Position numbers and translations under genes: made by a program
Notes under the pieces: generated by a model
The model's database searches: none
Seen by the model: the letters and a program-made list of their open reading frames with translations, nothing else
What the model was told of the DNA's origin: nothing
NCBI RefSeq assembly: GCF_001194135.2
Contig: NC_068984.1
Coordinates: 131,902,082-131,966,081, forward strand
From: Octopus bimaculoides
Taxonomy: Eukaryota
Direction: 5' to 3'
DNA length: 64,000 nucleotides
Shown here: positions 60,066 to 64,000 of the stretch, piece by piece
How the letters are laid out: each line of letters starts with the position of its first letter
Position numbering within the stretch: position 1 is the stretch's first letter

Positions 60066-63000
60066 AGCTACTGGAACTTGTTCCAAGATGATATTCCCTT
60101 ATCATCCCTCATTATTTCCTGCAGACATCAACCTTACTAATCTAGGGAGAGAAGGCTATTATTAAAAAAAAAAAGGCATGAGTACTGTCCCTCATTTTCT
60201 GCTTAATTGATAAAAATCTATAGTGGCCAACCAAAACTACTATTTTACAGAGCTAGGAAATATTTCAGCTTCAAACCATTACTGACTGTGCTCCCATATC
60301 TCGTATGATGATACCTGCTTGCACCCCACCTCTCTTCCATCCCTCACTCACAAAACCAGATAGACAAAGAATGCACAGCTAATTACCCAAGATTCACTCA
60401 TCAAAGCACTGTAAACCTTTAAGTGACAGAAATACTCTGTTCCCTTTCTGCTTTTTCTACAAACAACTTCTGCACCTCTAAACTATCATCAGTGAAATGT
60501 TCAAATGTAACTTACAAGGTCTCTTGCTTACATGACAACTGCAAACATCATGCTAGGGGTATATTTTAAGAGTTTTGAATGAAATAAAGGACAACTGACT
60601 TTTATTTATTTTGTAATACTTTATAATAAATAAGCTAGAGAGGTTACACTACCAATAACAAAATAAATAAAATAAAAACTAAGCAGATCATGTAATAATT
60701 GTGAGGTGTTATAGAATCATTTTGATTTCAATACACAAAACCAACACACACACACAGAGCATGGTTACAAATAATTAAGACCCTTGCATAATAGAGTAGT
60801 ATAATGTGGTGTATGGCCCATGTACCAACAATAAGGTGGGAAAAGAGGGTGCAGTCAGTGGTTATTACCCTTCTTACTATATTTCCAATGTGGTGCATAT
60901 CTCATGTGTGTCTGTATATCTCGTATGTAAGTGCGTGTATGACAAACACATACACACTCACAGAAATCACACACAAACTTAAAAAAAACAAAAAAAAACA
61001 ACAAATAAACAGCATGTAAAATTCTGTGATTGTAAATGAATCTAATTAGAACTATCATATTCCTCTTGATGATAATGAAGCTATAATTGATGATGATGAT
61101 AGAGAGGGTGTTGGTAGTGATAATGATGACATTGCTGGTTTCTGTTTCATATTTACATAAGACAGTAATTTTCCACAAATTTGTTTTGTTTTGTATCGCT
61201 TTATTTTATTTCATCATTATAATTTTTGTTTTGGTAATCAGCCTGAACCATCCTTCCAAAAAGGTCAAAGGTCACCAGAAGTTAATGCCCTATCAGGCTA
61301 TTCACTTGTTTACTAACCTCACATTGGAAACAAGGCTTTTGGTCAAAACAAAATTATGTAAACAATTGGTGTGGAATTTAGCAACATTTTGATCTTAACA
61401 CCATCACACAAGTTAGTCAACTCACCTCCATATGCATTCATTTGTATTGCTTTTACTATCTTCCAAATGTCAGACAAATCTACCTTCACAAGACATATCT
61501 AATCCCTAAACCAACTTCTTACAAGGTGGGTTAAAAAGAAGTCTTTACATAATCACTTAACCTGCTAGAGATAGCAGCAAAATCTCACAAATCACACCGT
61601 GCCGTCTTAACTCTTTAATATTTAAACTGGCCATATCCAGCCCAAATACTGTTTTTATGTTCAAAATAACCAGACAAATAAGACAGCCTGTTGAACTGTT
61701 AAATATGACAGCTACCTATGATGGCAGAAGAGTTTAATACTGAGTATTTTTTTTCTATAGTGAGAGAGTAAATCTTGATTGAAATTATAAAGGGTGAGCT
61801 TAAATGCTTTCTCTCTCATTTACACAAACACAGAGTTTTTAAACGAAAGACAAAAAAAAGGAAAAAAAACTAAGATCATACAAGAATGAAAGTCCACTGA
61901 TATTATGTTAGTTTAGACTAACTAATGATACTATTTAGTAGTAAGATTACTTTCTGTTGTTATATTCACATCTCTCTCTCTCTCTCTCAATACTGCTTGA
62001 AGATTTGTGTAGAGCAATGTCTTATCTAGTAAGCTGTAGGTCAAATGTTCATGGTAGAATTACATCAGATACACTTACCTCTTAAAGAAAAACAACTTTA
62101 GGCAGTAGTAGCAACAGCAGCTACACATAATTACAAAACAATCTGTTCTAATGTCTCGAGAAATAGCAGTGAAATATCCCTCAAATCACAACATAGTTTT
62201 AAGAAAAGAAAAAGTAAAGACACCACTAGAGAATAGAAGCCTAGATATACTATGTCTGGTGACAAAAAAAAAAGGGGATGGTCATGGCTGAAATGTCTTT
62301 GACCATAGGTCAGCTTGATCAGGTCTGATCCAGGTCTGAACAAACAAAATTGCAACCTCAGCATCTAACTTGTCTACAACTATAATGTATGCTTCTTAAA
62401 CACCAAAGAGCTTTTAATGGCCAGTGTTAAGATCCAGTTTCATAGCATTACATTGATGAAAAGAGAAATGTATGCAGGCAGAAGACATGTGGTCTAGTGG
62501 GTAAGGTGTTGTAACCACAACTACAAGATAGTGGTTTCAATTTCCAGTCCAGACAATGCACTGTGTTCTTGGGCAAAACACTTCATTTCCTGTTGTCCAG
62601 TCTTAGTCACTTATACACCAAGTAACTGGTCCTATGAGTCCTTGGGCTCAAGACAGTATTAGCTTTTTTTTCTTTTTTAAATTTATTATTATTATTACAG
62701 GCAACATATCCAAATAATTTGGTTCATATTTCCAACAGAAAAGTGAACTGAGGCAATGTAGAAAAGAGTGTTCTGTCCAGAAGTATGTGATGTTTGCATT
62801 GGATTTGAAGTTACATCTCGTGACCTTTCTAAACTTTTAATTAGGCACTATGTCTGTTCTTTAAGATGATAGGGTGGTGATGAGAGATTTTGTCTGCTAT
62901 TTCTAGCTAGCTGAGCAACTACATAGAGGGTCTCTCATTGGCCTGTCTTTAACTATAGTTAAGATGTCTCAGAACAAAGTAGTCTTTTGGATTTCGTTGT

Positions 63001-64000
63001 TTTAACACTGGAATATAAAACTATTGCAAATGAGGTGTCAACTAATAAGTTGAACCAACAGTCCAAGTATCCAACCCACTGAACAAATAGTTTTTGGGAG
63101 ATTCAAGCCAGTGGACATTTATTCAGGTTGTACAACCATCAACAATGTTCAAAATATGATTAGATACAATATCATTCCAATACATGTATTGATAACTGGC
63201 AGCAAGTAGTACAGCAGGTGGGCTTCAACAGATGCACACACACACACACACACACACAATGAATGATGCACAAACAGAGGAATACATATGTGCACAAATA
63301 CACACCCACAGATATGCTTTGAAAAGACAGTTACACATGTGTTCAGCAAAAGACATGCTGACACGCACACAAGTACACCCACGCATATGAATGCATCAGC
63401 AAACTCACACATATTGAAAGAGAGAGTAAAAGGGAGAGAGAGAGTAAAAGGGAGAGAGAGAGTGGTTGCTGAAATATTTTTGGAATGTTTTCTATACATG
63501 ACTTATTTCCAGTTTTATTATAGTAGTCTTTGAAGACATTAAAACTCTTAACTGTGACAAACCACTATGACTAATAGGAACATATGATATAAAGTAAAGA
63601 TTAATCTTACGTAAAGAAGCTCTTCAAAATATAAAAAGTTTTAACAATGTTAATGTATTGGATGCCTGTCTTATCTAATTGAATCTCAACTTTAAGATCA
63701 GTCAGATGAATGATACATTAAGCAAGTCATAAATATGAGATAATACGAGATTACTAAGACTTATGTATATGTAATGACACACCTAAACAGACTTTGAGGG
63801 TAACAATAGTAAAACTAACAGTGAATACAAAGGTGGGGGCAAGAGACAATTACAATAGGTTTGCATAGAAGGTGGAGGGGGTGCCAGAAACAGGGAGATA
63901 TAGAAAAAGAGAGAGGGGGAGATAGAGACACAAATCGAAAAGCTCCAGAGGGAGGGAGGGAGGGAGGGAGAGAGGGAAGAGTGAAAATGAAAAACAAGAG

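Noticed and set aside
62071-62110. Strong minus-strand donor GAG|GTAAGT as an upstream IRS exon
   Set aside because: In-frame stop immediately before the donor and no PH beta-1 sequence. It could only be a UTR exon and has no other support.

Overview
Eukaryotic, AT-rich genomic DNA with seven N-gaps. The SINE/MITE repertoire and microsatellite load look like an octopus/coleoid cephalopod (inference). The main feature is a minus-strand insulin receptor substrate gene (IRS/chico-like). I rebuilt 10 coding exons by hand with GT-AG boundaries and consistent phases: 31058-30773 (PH), 28279-28140 and 26595-26453 (PTB), 25093-24902, 20660-20544, 15969-15844, 14645-14524, 14331-14185, 12934-12743 and 12534-9833. 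They total 4167 nt (1388 aa plus stop) and carry six YxxM motifs and two C-terminal SHP2-type tyrosine motifs. The first coding exon (expected to end ...GYL[KR]KLK) is not visible. The rest of the window is introns and intergenic DNA filled with several SINE families, hAT- and piggyBac-type MITEs, a HERO non-LTR 3' remnant, a Tigger/pogo HTH remnant, micro/minisatellites, local duplications and three notable hairpins. A CpG-retaining domain at ~36-48.6 kb may hold the IRS promoter and the first exon of a divergent plus-strand gene. I found no convincing evidence of a wholly new biological system. The best leads are IRS isoform architecture, dsRNA-forming repeats and DNA-repair scars. Repeat boundaries are approximate and read by eye, and SINE family letters A-G are my own labels.
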